From contig JAAYVR010000015.1 of NCBI GenBank assembly GCA_012517065.1, positions 11,978 through 75,977 on the forward strand: 64,000 nt of DNA. Direction: 5' to 3'. Made by a program: the position numbers and the translations under genes. A model generated the notes under the pieces. It was not told where the DNA came from. It worked only from the letters and a program-made list of their open reading frames with translations, and did no database searches. Below, piece after piece: positions 62,957 to 64,000 of this stretch. Source of the stretch: Verrucomicrobiota bacterium (GTDB taxonomy: Bacteria > Verrucomicrobiota > Verrucomicrobiia > Limisphaerales > J093). Position 1 is the first letter of the stretch. Each line of letters opens with the position of its first letter.

Positions 62957-63820
62957 ATGGCCGAGTATAAAGTTCAGTTCGAAGTATTCGAAGGACCGTT
63001 GGACCTCCTTCTCTATCTTGTCAAGAAGGAGGAAGTGGACATTTATCAGGTCAATCTGACCAAGCTGGCCACAGAATTTTTGGAGTACGTGGAGCTGATG
63101 CGCGAGCTGGACCTCGACATTGCTGGGGAGTTCCTCGTCATGGCCGCTACGCTGATGTACATAAAAAGCCGCGAATTGCTGCCGCGGGACCAACAGGTTG
63201 TCGATGAGCAGGATGTCCAGGACGAGGAAGACCCGCGCTGGGAACTGATCAAGCGCCTCGTCGAATACAAAAAGTTCAAGGACGCCGCAACGCGACTGCA
63301 GGAACTGGAAATCCGCCAGGAGCAAACCTACAAGCGCCAACCGCAGACACAGCCACTTGATCAGGCCCCTGTTCGCACCCAGGTCTCGGTGTTCGACCTC
63401 ATCGCCGGTGTCAATGCCGTACTCAAACGCATCAAGGAGAAAGAAACAGGGAAAGAGCTTGTCCCCGACCGATGGACCGTCAGCGAGAAAATTGAGTTCA
63501 TCCGCTCGACGCTTGCCGAGCGTGGGCGCGTGAGTTTTCTCGAATTGTTCGGTGACAGTGCAACGCGCGGGGAAGTGGTGGCGACATTTTTGGCGCTGCT
63601 GGAGTTGATGCGGCTCGGCGTGGCTCGCGCCGTTCAACTGGAGCCATTCGGCGAGATTGAGATAACTTCTGCTGCACCTGATGATTCTGAGGCCCAGCCA
63701 CCAGACATTCAGGCCGACCAAGCCACAGCAACGCCGGTGGAATCTTCGGCCATGCCCGAGGTCCATGAACCATCCCACCCCGCGTCCGGCGCTCACTCGA
63801 CAGCACAGCCTGAATCATGA
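62957..63820 (+). CDS. scpA: Segregation and condensation protein A (kleisin)
   Basis: FEGPLDLLLYLV, EFLVMAATLMYIKSR.LLP, LVEYKKFK, VATFLALLEL; ATG 62957. Confidence 0.95.
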   Translation: MAEYKVQFEVFEGPLDLLLYLVKKEEVDIYQVNLTKLATEFLEYVELMRELDLDIAGEFLVMAATLMYIKSRELLPRDQQVVDEQDVQDEEDPRWELIKRLVEYKKFKDAATRLQELEIRQEQTYKRQPQTQPLDQAPVRTQVSVFDLIAGVNAVLKRIKEKETGKELVPDRWTVSEKIEFIRSTLAERGRVSFLELFGDSATRGEVVATFLALLELMRLGVARAVQLEPFGEIEITSAAPDDSEAQPPDIQADQATATPVESSAMPEVHEPSHPASGAHSTAQPES

Positions 63821-64000
63821 TCGAATTGAAACGCATTGTTGAAGCCATGTTATTCGCGGCAGACCGTCCGTTAGCGCCCGCCGATGTGAAAGCGGCGTTA
63901 GCCAAGGCCGCCGAACAGACGGCTGAAACCGACGTGCGCACCTTCCGGAAGGTCAAGCTGGATGAAATCGAACGGGCTCTTCACGACCTTGCCGCAGAGA
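63817..64000 (+). CDS. scpB: SMC-Scp complex subunit ScpB, runs off the right window edge
   Basis: ATGA overlap with scpA; MIELKRIVEAMLFAADRPL... matches the ScpB N-terminus. Confidence 0.85.
   Translation, partial: MIELKRIVEAMLFAADRPLAPADVKAALAKAAEQTAETDVRTFRKVKLDEIERALHDLAAE

Overview
GC-rich bacterial chromosomal window, most consistent with Verrucomicrobiota (inferred from a Minf_1886-type gene, Tat-exported Gfo/Idh/MocA oxidoreductases, FG-GAP/ASPIC-UnbV proteins and Verrucomicrobia-type C-terminal domains). It holds about 35 genes: three FG-GAP/CRTAC1-like surface proteins, a beta-barrel/wza/wzc export module, an MFS permease, a secretin/PilM/ATPase (T2SS or type IV pilus) operon, leuS, a macrodomain gene, a GH-GT2 fusion, speA, a NIF3 gene, cysTWA, folA, two secreted repeat proteins, a nitrilase-family enzyme, a GH51 enzyme, pheT and scpAB. 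No rRNA, tRNA, CRISPR array or transposase was recognised. Three signals stand out. (1) Two in-frame minus-strand ORFs are separated by a single UGA (FG-U-GGVC) followed by a SECIS-like stem-loop, suggesting an unrecognised ~914-aa secreted selenoprotein with discoidin/FN3/LamG domains. (2) Roughly 5 kb of intergenic DNA is a modular repeat family with TA-flanked inverted ends; three copies start exactly at TAG stop codons. (3) A 980-aa protein fuses a DUF483-like Cys-rich head to five CxxC...HxxxH/Ca-loop repeats. All calls come from reading the sequence; no database search was run.
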